Origin: an uncultured Eubacteriales bacterium
GTDB lineage: Bacteria > Bacillota > Clostridia > Oscillospirales > UBA644
DNA length: 64,000 nucleotides
Direction: 5' to 3'
Assembly (NCBI GenBank): GCA_902373415.1
Contig: CABKLX010000006.1
Coordinates: 54,295 to 118,294, forward strand
The notes beneath the pieces are model-generated. The model made no database searches and had not been told where the DNA came from. It saw only the letters and a program-made list of their open reading frames with translations. Positions within the stretch are counted from its first letter, which is position 1. The number at the start of each line of letters is the position of its first letter. This document shows, piece by piece, positions 54,901 through 62,792 of the stretch. The translations under genes were made by a program, and so were the position numbers.

Positions 54901-55223
54901 TCTGCCTGCTCTTGCGTTACCTTTTTGCCGCCGTGAGCCGCATTGTTGCCGAGCTTGCGGATAAATTCCATACGACGCCAAATGTCGCCTCCGATAATAT
55001 CGCGGAACTTTTCGTCATTCATCAAGCTGACGAGGTTGTCCTGATATGGCATAACGAGATCACGGTCAACCGAATACATCCACTTGACCGCAAACTCCAT
55101 CGCCCTGCGGCAGTTCAGCACGCAGGAGTCAACGTCGATATGTAATAGCTTCTCCGCCGAGATCGCCACGTCCGCAAACGCGTCAAAATCAGGGGTGCTT
55201 TTTAGGAAATCAAAGTTGGTCAT
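51927..55223 (-). CDS. hsdR: Type I restriction enzyme R subunit
   Basis: N-terminal DUF4145-like region; Walker A MATGSGKT; DEAH box VIVDEAHRS; helicase C motifs; C-terminal EcoEI-R-like domain. Confidence 0.95.
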   Translation of the reverse strand: MTNFDFLKSTPDFDAFADVAISAEKLLHIDVDSCVLNCRRAMEFAVKWMYSVDRDLVMPYQDNLVSLMNDEKFRDIIGGDIWRRMEFIRKLGNNAAHGGKKVTQEQAELCLENLFVFLDCIAYFYAPEYTEQQFDKSLLELTVDEALSFVPENEIDIAKLIEENKALKDELTARRAEQQQTYVPKPLDLSEYKTRKIYIDFMLQDAGWVEGKDWLNEVELYGMPNKSEVGYADYVLFGDDGKPLAVLEAKRTCVDVAKGRQQAKLYADLLEQKYGRRPIIFLSNGFDTRIWNDKYYPERKVASIYSKRDLEKLFNLHTMRTSLKNVMVDKVIAGRYYQEGAIKAVCEAFDKKNRRKALLVMATGSGKTRTVIALCKVLLDHGWVKNILFLADRNSLVTQAKRAFVNMLPDLSVTNLCEDKENFDSRCVFSTYQTMMNCIDTVKDDNDKKLFTVGHFDLVIVDEAHRSIYNKYKDIFNCFDAPLVGLTATPKDEIDKNTYEIFELENGVPTYGYELGQAVTDGFLVDYMSVESKLKFIEQGIVYDDLSDEDKMEYEDTFEDENGELPESIASSAINEWVFNEDTIRQVLHILMNDGLRIDYGEKLGKTIIFAKNHEHAEKIHEIFGKEYPNLPEYTKVIDNYMTYAQSAIDEFSDPKKLPQIAISVDMLDTGIDVPEVLNLVFFKKVMSKAKFWQMIGRGTRRCDGLMDGKDKDKFYIFDFCGNFEFFRMNQGRPTANQIALQGAIFKLKAQIAFKLQDLAYQTTELVAFRKSLVDDMVRKVRELNKENFAVRQHLRYVEQYANPDNYNSLTYEDTLLMAEELAPLITPDEDEASAVRFDALMYGIELAYLAGKKYSRARTDLYKKVSGIASVANIPEIMVQSELINKILNTDYLDTAGINEFEHIRENLRDLMKYIPRTGVKYITNFDDEILSVEWNESDLESDDLKNYKAKAEFYIRQHQDEAAIAKLKSNVPLSAEDVKSLERILWSEVGSKKDYEAEYGEKPLGEFVREIVGLDMTAAKAAFAEYLNDVNLDADQIYFVNQIIEYIVRNGVMKDMSVLQEAPFSDRGSIVEVFTDISVWLGIRNVIEKINANAAA

Positions 55224-55251
55224 AATTGACTCCTTTGTAGGAATATTTATT

Positions 55252-55503
55252 TTATATTCTTATTCTTTTATAGTGTTCTTCTAAACATTTTTGAAGTTCA
55301 GATTGCGAAATTTTGCAAAAATCATCATGCGAATCCAAATACTTAACAACCCAAGGCTGAAGAACAAATTGAAAGGTAAACACACCAATACCATCACCAA
55401 CAGACGAAGCGTATGCAATGATTTTCTTTTGCAATAATGCCCCCGTAATTCCTGCTTGAGCGGATAAGGAAATTGAATGTGCAGGCATATCTATCAAAAA
55501 CAC
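55252..55503 (-). CDS. Hypothetical 83-aa ORF between hsdS and hsdR
   Basis: ORF only, with no motif. Its operon position suggests it may be real or a gene remnant. Confidence 0.3.
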   Translation of the reverse strand: MFLIDMPAHSISLSAQAGITGALLQKKIIAYASSVGDGIGVFTFQFVLQPWVVKYLDSHDDFCKISQSELQKCLEEHYKRIRI

Positions 55504-55548
55504 TGTCTATAATTTTATCAAAAGATGTGTTGCTCACTCGTCCTCACC

Positions 55549-56640
55549 TCACCCAAAATATTTTTGCATCAATGCTTTTTTTAGTGTTTCGAGCTTTTCA
55601 AGGCTCTTTTGAATTTCAAATTTTGATTTGTCGGTCTGTTCGACGAAGGATGCAAACTGTTCTTGCAGTTCTGTCGGCGGTAGAATCAGTTTGTATTCTC
55701 TCATTGCTTTAAGGCCAACATTCTTTATCGTGCTCTTAGTAGAACTATTATCAAGAAATTCTGCAAAAGCGTCGCTTTTCATAACCCCATAAACAAACGC
55801 CTTGTTGATGTTTGCCTTTAGATTGCAATAGCAAGCACTCTTGCCAAGCATGACCCGCTCTCCATTATAAAACGCCAACTTTCCCAAAGTACCATTTATA
55901 GAAATTAGAATAGCGTTTGATGAAATATCGATGAGATGCTTGGTATATGTTTCCTCTGATACCATCTTAGTTGCAGGGGTAATAACAATTTTTCCATCAA
56001 TCAGATTGTTTCCGTTAATAAAAGGATAGTCACCATTGTCATCATATTCAGGAGTTCCGTGTAACCCATCACCAATACCGTCGCAAACATCGTTCAATGG
56101 TCTGCTTAACCATCCCATAGAGTTCTTCACAGGGTCACCAAACAGTTCGATAAATCGGGATTTGACAAGCTCGTCGAGTTTGGCGAGTTGCTCGCGGCGT
56201 GCGGTGATGAGGGATTCGATAAAGTCAAGTTCATAAACAATGCACTTTTGAAGTGTTACATTATCATCAAATCGAAACTCAAAATTCCCAAGATCATTTT
56301 TCTTGATATTGGGCATGCACGCTCCCGTTCTGATCCTCATTAAACGGTCTTGCTGACTCTTAAGCGCATAATACAAATATTTCACATCACACTTAATATC
56401 AAACAAATAATAGCAATGAGCACCGCACCAAAAAGGGGAATCCATATAATTTACATATCCACAAGAATTTCCGCCCTCACTTATTGCTATAGTATTTCCT
56501 TCTGCATTAAATTCGTTCCATTTTCCAGACGGATTAATTCCGCCATTTAAATAGTCATAGATTCCGGTTTCTAATAATTCTTCTCCGTTTATCTGTTTTC
56601 CTTTTGAAAATGATGCAATTTGATTAAGCTTTACATTCAT
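55549..56640 (-). CDS. hsdS: Type I restriction enzyme S (specificity) subunit
   Basis: Two target-recognition domains separated by conserved helices (REQLAKLDELVKSRFIELFGDP and ...LEKLETLKKALMQKYFG). Confidence 0.9.
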   Translation of the reverse strand: MNVKLNQIASFSKGKQINGEELLETGIYDYLNGGINPSGKWNEFNAEGNTIAISEGGNSCGYVNYMDSPFWCGAHCYYLFDIKCDVKYLYYALKSQQDRLMRIRTGACMPNIKKNDLGNFEFRFDDNVTLQKCIVYELDFIESLITARREQLAKLDELVKSRFIELFGDPVKNSMGWLSRPLNDVCDGIGDGLHGTPEYDDNGDYPFINGNNLIDGKIVITPATKMVSEETYTKHLIDISSNAILISINGTLGKLAFYNGERVMLGKSACYCNLKANINKAFVYGVMKSDAFAEFLDNSSTKSTIKNVGLKAMREYKLILPPTELQEQFASFVEQTDKSKFEIQKSLEKLETLKKALMQKYFG

Positions 56641-56643
56641 ATA

Positions 56644-57093
56644 TTATCCCACCTTTCCATTAACAACGCCAATTTGATCTGCCACTTTAATTTCAATAGT
56701 AGGCTTTATATCAATAGAAGGCGCGATGACAATATTTTTATCATCTTTAGATGATAGAACAAAATCCAAGTTAGAAGAGTAGTCAACGGAGTTATCGTTT
56801 TTTGGAAAGATTTTCTTAGATTTTATCAACGCCTCTAATCTTTTTGCAAACTTATCTTGATCAATACCCATTATTTTTGCATTCACATATTCCTCTTTGT
56901 TCATAGCAGTTAATATGTAATTGTCTTGTTCAGCTACCGTTTTAGGATTTCTTTTTATGTGCGGTTTTGGAATATTAGGTATAACAATTTCGTTGTTTTC
57001 AATAGTAAGATTATAAATGTATCCCTTCAATATATATCTCAAAACAGTTTGTTCCTTAACTTTCCATTCCTTTGCAGCTTCTTGAATTGTCAT
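56644..57093 (-). CDS. HTH DNA-binding protein inserted between hsdM and hsdS
   Basis: The N-terminus MTIQEAAKEWKVKEQTVLRYILKGYI is MerR/excisionase-type HTH-like. 4-nt overlap with hsdM. Confidence 0.6.
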   Translation of the reverse strand: MTIQEAAKEWKVKEQTVLRYILKGYIYNLTIENNEIVIPNIPKPHIKRNPKTVAEQDNYILTAMNKEEYVNAKIMGIDQDKFAKRLEALIKSKKIFPKNDNSVDYSSNLDFVLSSKDDKNIVIAPSIDIKPTIEIKVADQIGVVNGKVG

Positions 57094-58589
57094 TTCAGCA
57101 TATCCTCCAAAGTTTTGAGTCCTTCCTGAATCTTCACTTCAAGCGCGTTGATCTCGGCAAGGATCTCGCTGGTGGGGGCATACTCGACCGCCTTATATTC
57201 GGTCTTTTTGTATTTGTTGATGGAGAGGTCGTAACCGTTATCCACGATTTCCTTCTTGGGAACGAAGAAGCTCTGCTCGGTTCTTTCTCTGACTTCTTCA
57301 CCCGCGAGATTATAGAAACGGTTGATAATATCGGGAATATCGTTATTTGCAATGGGACTACGCTTATCGTCAAGGCTAAAGCCGTCGGCTTGCATATCGT
57401 AGAACCAAACCTTATCGGTGCCGCCGTGTCCTGTCTTGGTGAAGATCAGAATTCCCGTAGAAACACCTGCGTAGGGCTTGAACACGCCCGAGGGCATGGA
57501 AATAACGGCTTCAAGGCGGTTATCATCAACGATTGCCTTGCGGATTGCTTTGTGCGCGGTTGAAGATCCGAAAAGAACTCCGTCTGGAACGATGACTGCA
57601 CATCTACCACCCACGCGAAGCATACGAAGCATCAGCGCGAGGAAGAGCAGCTCGGTCTTCTTGGTCTTGCACTCCTTGAGAAGATCGGCGGAAACGGTAT
57701 CGTAATCAAGGCTTCCCTTGAACGGGGGATTCGCCAGGATCAGCGAATATTTGTCCTTATCGGGGTTCTGATCGGACAAGCTATCACGATATTCGATATA
57801 GGGGTTGTCCACGCCGTGCGTCATCATGTTCATCGCGCCAATACGGAGCATGGTTCTGTCCATATCGTATCCGTGGAACATGCCGTTCATATAGTGAGCT
57901 TTCTTCTGTCTGTTGAAGAAAATTTCCTCTTTACGCTTTTCCTTGAGGTAATCACCTGCAGCAACAAGGAATCCCGAAGTACCACACGCGGGGTCGCAGA
58001 TGATATCATCAGCCTTGGGATCCATCAGTTCTACCATCATACGAATAATGTGACGAGGAGTACGGAACTGACCGTTGAGTCCTGACTGTGAGATCTTGGA
58101 AAGCAAATATTCGTACACATCGCCACGGATGTCGCTATCCTTGATCTGCGCCATCTGTGCATAGATATCGTCAAGAATGGTTACGATTTTATCGAGCAGC
58201 AAGGGCGTAGGAATCTTGAAGATGGCATCGTCCATATACTTGGAGTATGCGCTGTCCTTATCGTCATGAAGCCCCTTGATAAACGGGAACACCCACTCCT
58301 GAACGGTGGAATACATCTTGCCTGCCGGGAAGTCGTGGAATACCGACCATTTAAGCTGATTGCCGTCGATCTCACGGTCGCCAACCTTTACTTTTTCGGC
58401 GAAGATACTCTTGTGAGGAAGGCCGAGCATTACTGCTTCTTTAGCGCGAAGATTATCCGTGTCGTCAAGGTCGCGGATAAACATCAGGTACGTGACCTGC
58501 TCAATTACATCAAGGGGATTGACAAGTCCGCCCGCTGCAAACACATCCCAAAGGCCGTCAATTCTATTTTTAAGTTCGCCTGTAATCAT
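57090..58589 (-). CDS. hsdM: Type I restriction enzyme M subunit (N6-adenine methyltransferase)
   Basis: Motif I DPACGTSGFL; motif IV LANPPFKGS; N-terminal HsdM_N-like region. Confidence 0.95.
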   Translation of the reverse strand: MITGELKNRIDGLWDVFAAGGLVNPLDVIEQVTYLMFIRDLDDTDNLRAKEAVMLGLPHKSIFAEKVKVGDREIDGNQLKWSVFHDFPAGKMYSTVQEWVFPFIKGLHDDKDSAYSKYMDDAIFKIPTPLLLDKIVTILDDIYAQMAQIKDSDIRGDVYEYLLSKISQSGLNGQFRTPRHIIRMMVELMDPKADDIICDPACGTSGFLVAAGDYLKEKRKEEIFFNRQKKAHYMNGMFHGYDMDRTMLRIGAMNMMTHGVDNPYIEYRDSLSDQNPDKDKYSLILANPPFKGSLDYDTVSADLLKECKTKKTELLFLALMLRMLRVGGRCAVIVPDGVLFGSSTAHKAIRKAIVDDNRLEAVISMPSGVFKPYAGVSTGILIFTKTGHGGTDKVWFYDMQADGFSLDDKRSPIANNDIPDIINRFYNLAGEEVRERTEQSFFVPKKEIVDNGYDLSINKYKKTEYKAVEYAPTSEILAEINALEVKIQEGLKTLEDMLK

Positions 58590-59653
58590 TTTCGATTCTC
58601 CTTATTGTGATTCCACATATATGCGGTGTAACGACCGCCGCCGATTTTGAGGATTTCTCCGCTTGTTACCAAGTTATTCAGTGCTCGTTGCACTGTGACT
58701 TGGCTAATATCGGGGCATTTTTCCATAATCTCGGTTTTTGTTATTTTACCGAGAGTTTCTTTTATAATCTCCCTGATGCGTTCGGGCTTGGACATATTGC
58801 TTGTAGCGATAAGCTTTACTCTTGACGAAAACTCTCGATATGCTGCAACCACCACTCCGAGAGTGTACTGTACGAAGGGAATGTAGTCGTTTTCACCCTC
58901 GTGCCAGTTCGCGGAGCTGCTCTCAAGAGCTTCGTAGTAGGTGTCCTTCGTCTGCTCAATCAGCTTTTCGATACTGATATATTTGCCGACAATATAACCT
59001 GCACGATACAAGAGGAGCAATGTGAGCAATCGGCTCATTCTGCCGTTTCCGTCATTGAAAGGGTGGATGCAGAGGAAATCCAATATAAACATCGGAATGA
59101 TAAGAAGCGGATCGGCTTCGCTACCCGATAGTATTTCGTCAAAGGCTTCGCAGATCGCATCAATGGCTGCTGGAGTTTCCCACGCCGGCACGGGTTTGAA
59201 GCGAACGAACTGATTTCCTTCGCTATCTTCCTCTGCAATTACATTGTCTGAGCCCTTGTAAGATCCGCCCATGGACTTGCCGCTGAATTTATACAGATCG
59301 CGGTGAAGCTGCAATATAATCGAAGGCTTTACAGGGATGAAGTCGTGGCTCTCATGTATGGTAGAGAGGACGTCGCGATATCCGGCAATCTCTTGCTCGT
59401 TTCTTGTTCGAGGGGTCGTTTTGTTAGAAACAAGGCTCTTGAGTCGCTCGTCCGAGGTGTAGATACCTTCAATTTTATTCGATGCCTCTGTGCTCTGTAT
59501 TTTTGCAATCTCAACAAGTTGCGTCAGAGTATCGGCTTTTGCTTCTATGAAAAGGGTTTGCTCACCCTTGTACTCGTGAATCTGTGTCAATAAGGACACC
59601 ACTTCGGGAGTCAATAATTTCTGCCATTTATTTTTGTAATTGTAATTACGCAT
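58586..59653 (-). CDS. Fic-family protein with C-terminal wHTH
   Basis: Canonical Fic motif HPFNDGNGRMSR. ATGA overlap with hsdM. Confidence 0.9.
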   Translation of the reverse strand: MRNYNYKNKWQKLLTPEVVSLLTQIHEYKGEQTLFIEAKADTLTQLVEIAKIQSTEASNKIEGIYTSDERLKSLVSNKTTPRTRNEQEIAGYRDVLSTIHESHDFIPVKPSIILQLHRDLYKFSGKSMGGSYKGSDNVIAEEDSEGNQFVRFKPVPAWETPAAIDAICEAFDEILSGSEADPLLIIPMFILDFLCIHPFNDGNGRMSRLLTLLLLYRAGYIVGKYISIEKLIEQTKDTYYEALESSSANWHEGENDYIPFVQYTLGVVVAAYREFSSRVKLIATSNMSKPERIREIIKETLGKITKTEIMEKCPDISQVTVQRALNNLVTSGEILKIGGGRYTAYMWNHNKENRK

Positions 59654-59689
59654 ATAGACCTCGCATTACATTATTTTTATCTATGATAT

Positions 59690-59718
59690 AGTATACCACC
59701 AATTTCGTCGTTTGTCAA
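59690..59718 (-). promoter_or_regulatory. Consensus SigA promoter for the Fic-hsdMSR operon
   Basis: On the minus strand: TTGACA (59718-59713), a 17-nt spacer, then TATACT (59695-59690). Confidence 0.65.
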
Positions 59719-60005
59719 GTTCAATTTGCTCATTTTTGAAAAAATGATAAAATTAAAATGTGAAGGCGATATTAAAATGGGATGCGGTAGAAATACTATA
59801 CGCGTTTTCTAACCGGCAGAATGAGAGAAATATGAGCAAGCTCTCTTGAACTTTCGACCGTTCTATGCTATAATACCCTCAGAATAACTTGCGGCGATTC
59901 CTGTCACTCGGCAACAGGAACCACACAAACGGGGGTGCATTTCTAAAAGAATTTCTAAAACAATTGAATATCTGATGATTTCTGTCGAAAGACAGTTTCA
60001 TATAC

Positions 60006-60094
60006 GGAGAGGTATCGAAGCGGTCATAACGAGGCGGTCTTGAAAACCGTTTGGGGGCGACCCCACAAGGGTTCGAATCCATTCCTATCCGCCA
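60006..60094 (+). tRNA. tRNA-Ser (anticodon UGA), type II with long variable arm and encoded CCA; two stem mismatches
   Basis: GGAGAGG-TA-TCG-AAGCGGTCATAA-CGA-G-GCGGT-CTTGAAA-ACCGT-TTGGGGGCGACCCCAC-AAGGG-TTCGAAT-CCATT-CCTATCC-G-CCA. Mismatches at G4/A69 and G51/A63. Confidence 0.75.
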
Positions 60095-60118
60095 AAATAG
60101 CGGCTAAACACCGCGTTA

Positions 60119-60147
60119 GCCGTAAGGAATCCCCTTGCGGCTTTTTT
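60119..60147 (+). terminator. Rho-independent terminator after tRNA-Ser
   Basis: GCCGTAAGG-aatcc-CCTTGCGGC followed by TTTTTT. Confidence 0.8.
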
Positions 60148-60165
60148 ATCTTTGGGAGGTGTGTA

Positions 60166-61458
60166 ATGAAGACAATATTGTTGAATGCGATGTTTGCAGG
60201 AACCTTTGGAGAGAAAAACATTGACGGAGAAATAATTAATTTCTATTTAGACGACAACGGAATTCAGAATTATTTTATTCCTGAATATGGTTACCTTCCA
60301 AATTCGGTGATTTCAGATAGTATGGTGGCAATCTTAATGATTTCAAAAATCGACGGACATACATTTGAAGTCATTGGAAAATATGTGCCCGGAACTAACG
60401 GTTCGTACATTGCAGATAGCATAAAACATGACATTCAGATAAGTAATGATTTCATAAGTCAAAATCATATAACTTATGGTGGCGTACCATTAAACGATAT
60501 CTATGCTACCAATACCTCTGTAGCAAAGAATTTTTCCCTTATATCCTATCGTGGTGGAACTGTATTTTTTTTACCACCGCACAAAAGAATAGTATTAGCT
60601 GGCTCGTATGAATCGGCGATGCGAGATTTTTCAAATGATAATACTGATATTTATGAATTAAAAGAATATTCATTAGCTAAATGGGGGAGTACAAACTTCA
60701 GAGTTTTTTCCAAGGATAAAAATGGATGCTATAAAAAATCTACCCATTGCACGGATTCATATAATACATACGATATTCTTGAAGAGATTGTAAATAATGA
60801 TATATGGATTACGGGAAATTCAAAATATACAGTAGATATTTCCATGTTAGATAAAATTCGAAATGTGGACTATTTAGGAATAAATCACATAATTGAAGGT
60901 TCTCATGTTGAATTGCTTTCTTCAAATTGGCTGGCACATTACATCAACATGTCCCCCGAAAATTTCATTGAATTTTTTGGACTAAGCAATCCCGGGCGAT
61001 TAAAATCGGTGAAGAGAGAAAAAGAAAACATTGATATCTTAGTTGAATTTGAAAACATTATAGTCGTTGTAGAAAACAAAATTAAATCGAGTATAGTTGA
61101 AAACAGTTCCGGGTTCTCTTGTCAATTGGAAAAGTATTACAATTATATCGAATCCAATTATACTAAAGCAAAAAGGTATATCGTTCTCTGCCCGGATTAT
61201 AAAAAGAGGCAAATCGAAAATCAAATTGAAGCTATAAAGTCGAATAATCCGTTGTCAAGTGTTGCTTTGGATAGTTATACAATAAAAACGTATAGCGAAT
61301 TAAAAGACAATTGCCTGAAACACACAAATCTTTCATACGCAAGGTATTATATAGATCTTATAGATTTTATTGATGACCATTCCACCCTTTGCGAACACGA
61401 CAAAAAGAAAAAACTATCTGAAAAAAGGTTCTCACACAATATTGCAATCAAGCTATAG
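60166..61458 (+). CDS. Two-domain protein: unknown N-terminal domain plus C-terminal PD-(D/E)XK nuclease (PDDEXK_4-like)
   Basis: ATG at 60166 after gggagg; the track ORF starts upstream inside the tRNA. Nuclease motifs EGSHVELLSSNWLAHYI ... NIDILVEFENIIVVVENKIKSS ... QLEKYYNYI. Confidence 0.7.
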   Translation: MKTILLNAMFAGTFGEKNIDGEIINFYLDDNGIQNYFIPEYGYLPNSVISDSMVAILMISKIDGHTFEVIGKYVPGTNGSYIADSIKHDIQISNDFISQNHITYGGVPLNDIYATNTSVAKNFSLISYRGGTVFFLPPHKRIVLAGSYESAMRDFSNDNTDIYELKEYSLAKWGSTNFRVFSKDKNGCYKKSTHCTDSYNTYDILEEIVNNDIWITGNSKYTVDISMLDKIRNVDYLGINHIIEGSHVELLSSNWLAHYINMSPENFIEFFGLSNPGRLKSVKREKENIDILVEFENIIVVVENKIKSSIVENSSGFSCQLEKYYNYIESNYTKAKRYIVLCPDYKKRQIENQIEAIKSNNPLSSVALDSYTIKTYSELKDNCLKHTNLSYARYYIDLIDFIDDHSTLCEHDKKKKLSEKRFSHNIAIKL

Positions 61459-61606
61459 TATATCTTAGTTCGATGTTGTGGAGAGATTGAACTTTTTCGT
61501 GCGCAAACTATCAACAACCATAAATCATATTATTTCCTTATGCTTCTCCGATTTTGTGTGTTCTTAAACGCCTTATCGGAGGCGAGGTAGCTTAATGGCA
61601 GAAAAA

Positions 61607-61637
61607 CGGTAGACTCGAACGAGTCTACCGTGTTTTT
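61607..61637 (+). terminator. Strong hairpin terminator, possibly bidirectional
   Basis: CGGTAGACTCG-aa-CGAGTCTACCG, flanked by an A-run upstream and tgttttt downstream. Confidence 0.7.
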
Positions 61638-61671
61638 CTTTATTCCTTTTCCACAAAGAGCAGGATCGTAT

Positions 61672-61821
61672 TCATATGCCACGCGGATTTGTTGACGATC
61701 CCGAAGGCGATGTCGCCGACGAGGAAGTCGATAGCGGCATCTCCGGCTGATTGATCTGCCCTGTGCAGCCGCTCAAACAAATTCCGGTCAACAAAAGGAA
61801 GCAGAACAGAATCCGTTTCAT
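61672..61821 (-). pseudogene. Truncated lipoprotein gene (signal peptide and lipobox only; 49 codons)
   Basis: MKRILFCFLLLTGICLSGCTGQ..., then a short Ser-rich stretch and a stop. ATGA-coupled to the hydrolase gene. It ends where base composition switches to the AT-rich island. Confidence 0.4.
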
Positions 61822-62789
61822 TTCAAGTATTTCTCAAAGAAACTTCTCAGTTTTTCAAAGGGGATCACCGCAGGGTTGTCATAGAGGTCAACATGGTTTG
61901 CCCCCGAAATGATCATCAACTCCTTGTTATCTCCGGTCAGCTTTTCGTAAGCGCCCTCACTGAAATAACGGGAATGCGCCTTTTCCCCATGCACCAACAG
62001 AACGGCAGAGCGAATCTCACCGGCATACTGCAAAATCGGCATATTCATAAAGGACAGCGAGGAAGTCACATTCCAGCCTCCATTGGAATTGAGAGAGCGG
62101 GGATGGTAGCCACGCTGGGTTTTATAATAACCGTAGTAGTCCTTTACAAACTGCGGGGCATCCTCCGGCAACGGATCGACTACACCGCCCGCCGGCGCGT
62201 AGCTGCCGTTTTTATAGTCCTCGGTGCGCCGGGCATTCATCGCCTGTTTCTTTGCGTAACGGGCATCGGCGGTATTTTCGCTGTCAAAATATCCGTTGGC
62301 GTTCACACGGGTCATGTCGTACATGGTCATGGCGGCGGTTGCCTTGATACGGGTGTCCATGGCGGCGGCATTGATCGCCATGCCGCCCCAGCCGCAAATG
62401 CCGATGATGCCGATGCGCTCAGGGTCCGCATTCTCCTGCACGGAGAGAAAATCCACCGCCGCACAGAAATCCTCGGTGTTGATATCCGGCGACGCCACAT
62501 ACCGGGGCGTGCCGCCGCTCTCGCCGGTGTAGGACGGGTCAAAGGCAAGGGTCAGAAAGCCCAACTCCGCCATTTTCTGCGCATACAGGCCGGAGGACTG
62601 CTCCTTCACCGCGCCGAAGGGGCCGCTGACGGCGATGGCGGGCAGCTTGCCCTCTGCGCCTTTCGGCGTGTACAGATCCGCTGCCAGCGTAATGCCGTAG
62701 CGGTTACGGAAGGTCACCTTTTTGTGATCTACCTTGTCACTTTTCGGGAACACCTTGTCCCATTCCTGTGTCAAATTCAGCTTCTCCAT
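61818..62789 (-). CDS. Alpha/beta hydrolase (dienelactone-hydrolase-like)
   Basis: 323 aa. PAIAVSGPFGAVKEQ, a GICGWGG nucleophile elbow and LLVHGEKAH. Confidence 0.8.
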   Translation of the reverse strand: MEKLNLTQEWDKVFPKSDKVDHKKVTFRNRYGITLAADLYTPKGAEGKLPAIAVSGPFGAVKEQSSGLYAQKMAELGFLTLAFDPSYTGESGGTPRYVASPDINTEDFCAAVDFLSVQENADPERIGIIGICGWGGMAINAAAMDTRIKATAAMTMYDMTRVNANGYFDSENTADARYAKKQAMNARRTEDYKNGSYAPAGGVVDPLPEDAPQFVKDYYGYYKTQRGYHPRSLNSNGGWNVTSSLSFMNMPILQYAGEIRSAVLLVHGEKAHSRYFSEGAYEKLTGDNKELMIISGANHVDLYDNPAVIPFEKLRSFFEKYLK

Positions 62790-62792
62790 GAT

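Larger units (their letters stand above)
45692..61650. mobile_element. AT-rich genomic island of defence-island type; no integrase seen
   Basis: Abrupt drop in GC and change in codon usage after 45691. Return to higher GC near 61650, where a lipoprotein gene is truncated. Cargo: NTase, DUF2828 plus RNAs, WYL pair, type I R-M, Fic and PD-(D/E)XK. Confidence 0.6.

Noticed and set aside
60040-60165. 5' extension of the track ORF 60040..61458 overlapping tRNA-Ser
   Set aside because: The extension reads through the tRNA and its terminator. A proper RBS (gggagg) and ATG occur at 60166.
61578-61606. GAGGTAGCTTAATGGCAGA, resembling a tRNA acceptor/D-arm, considered as another tRNA fragment or att partner
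   Set aside because: No anticodon or T arm follows. The adjacent 11-bp perfect hairpin with a T-run is a plain terminator, and the tRNA-Ser core sequence is absent.
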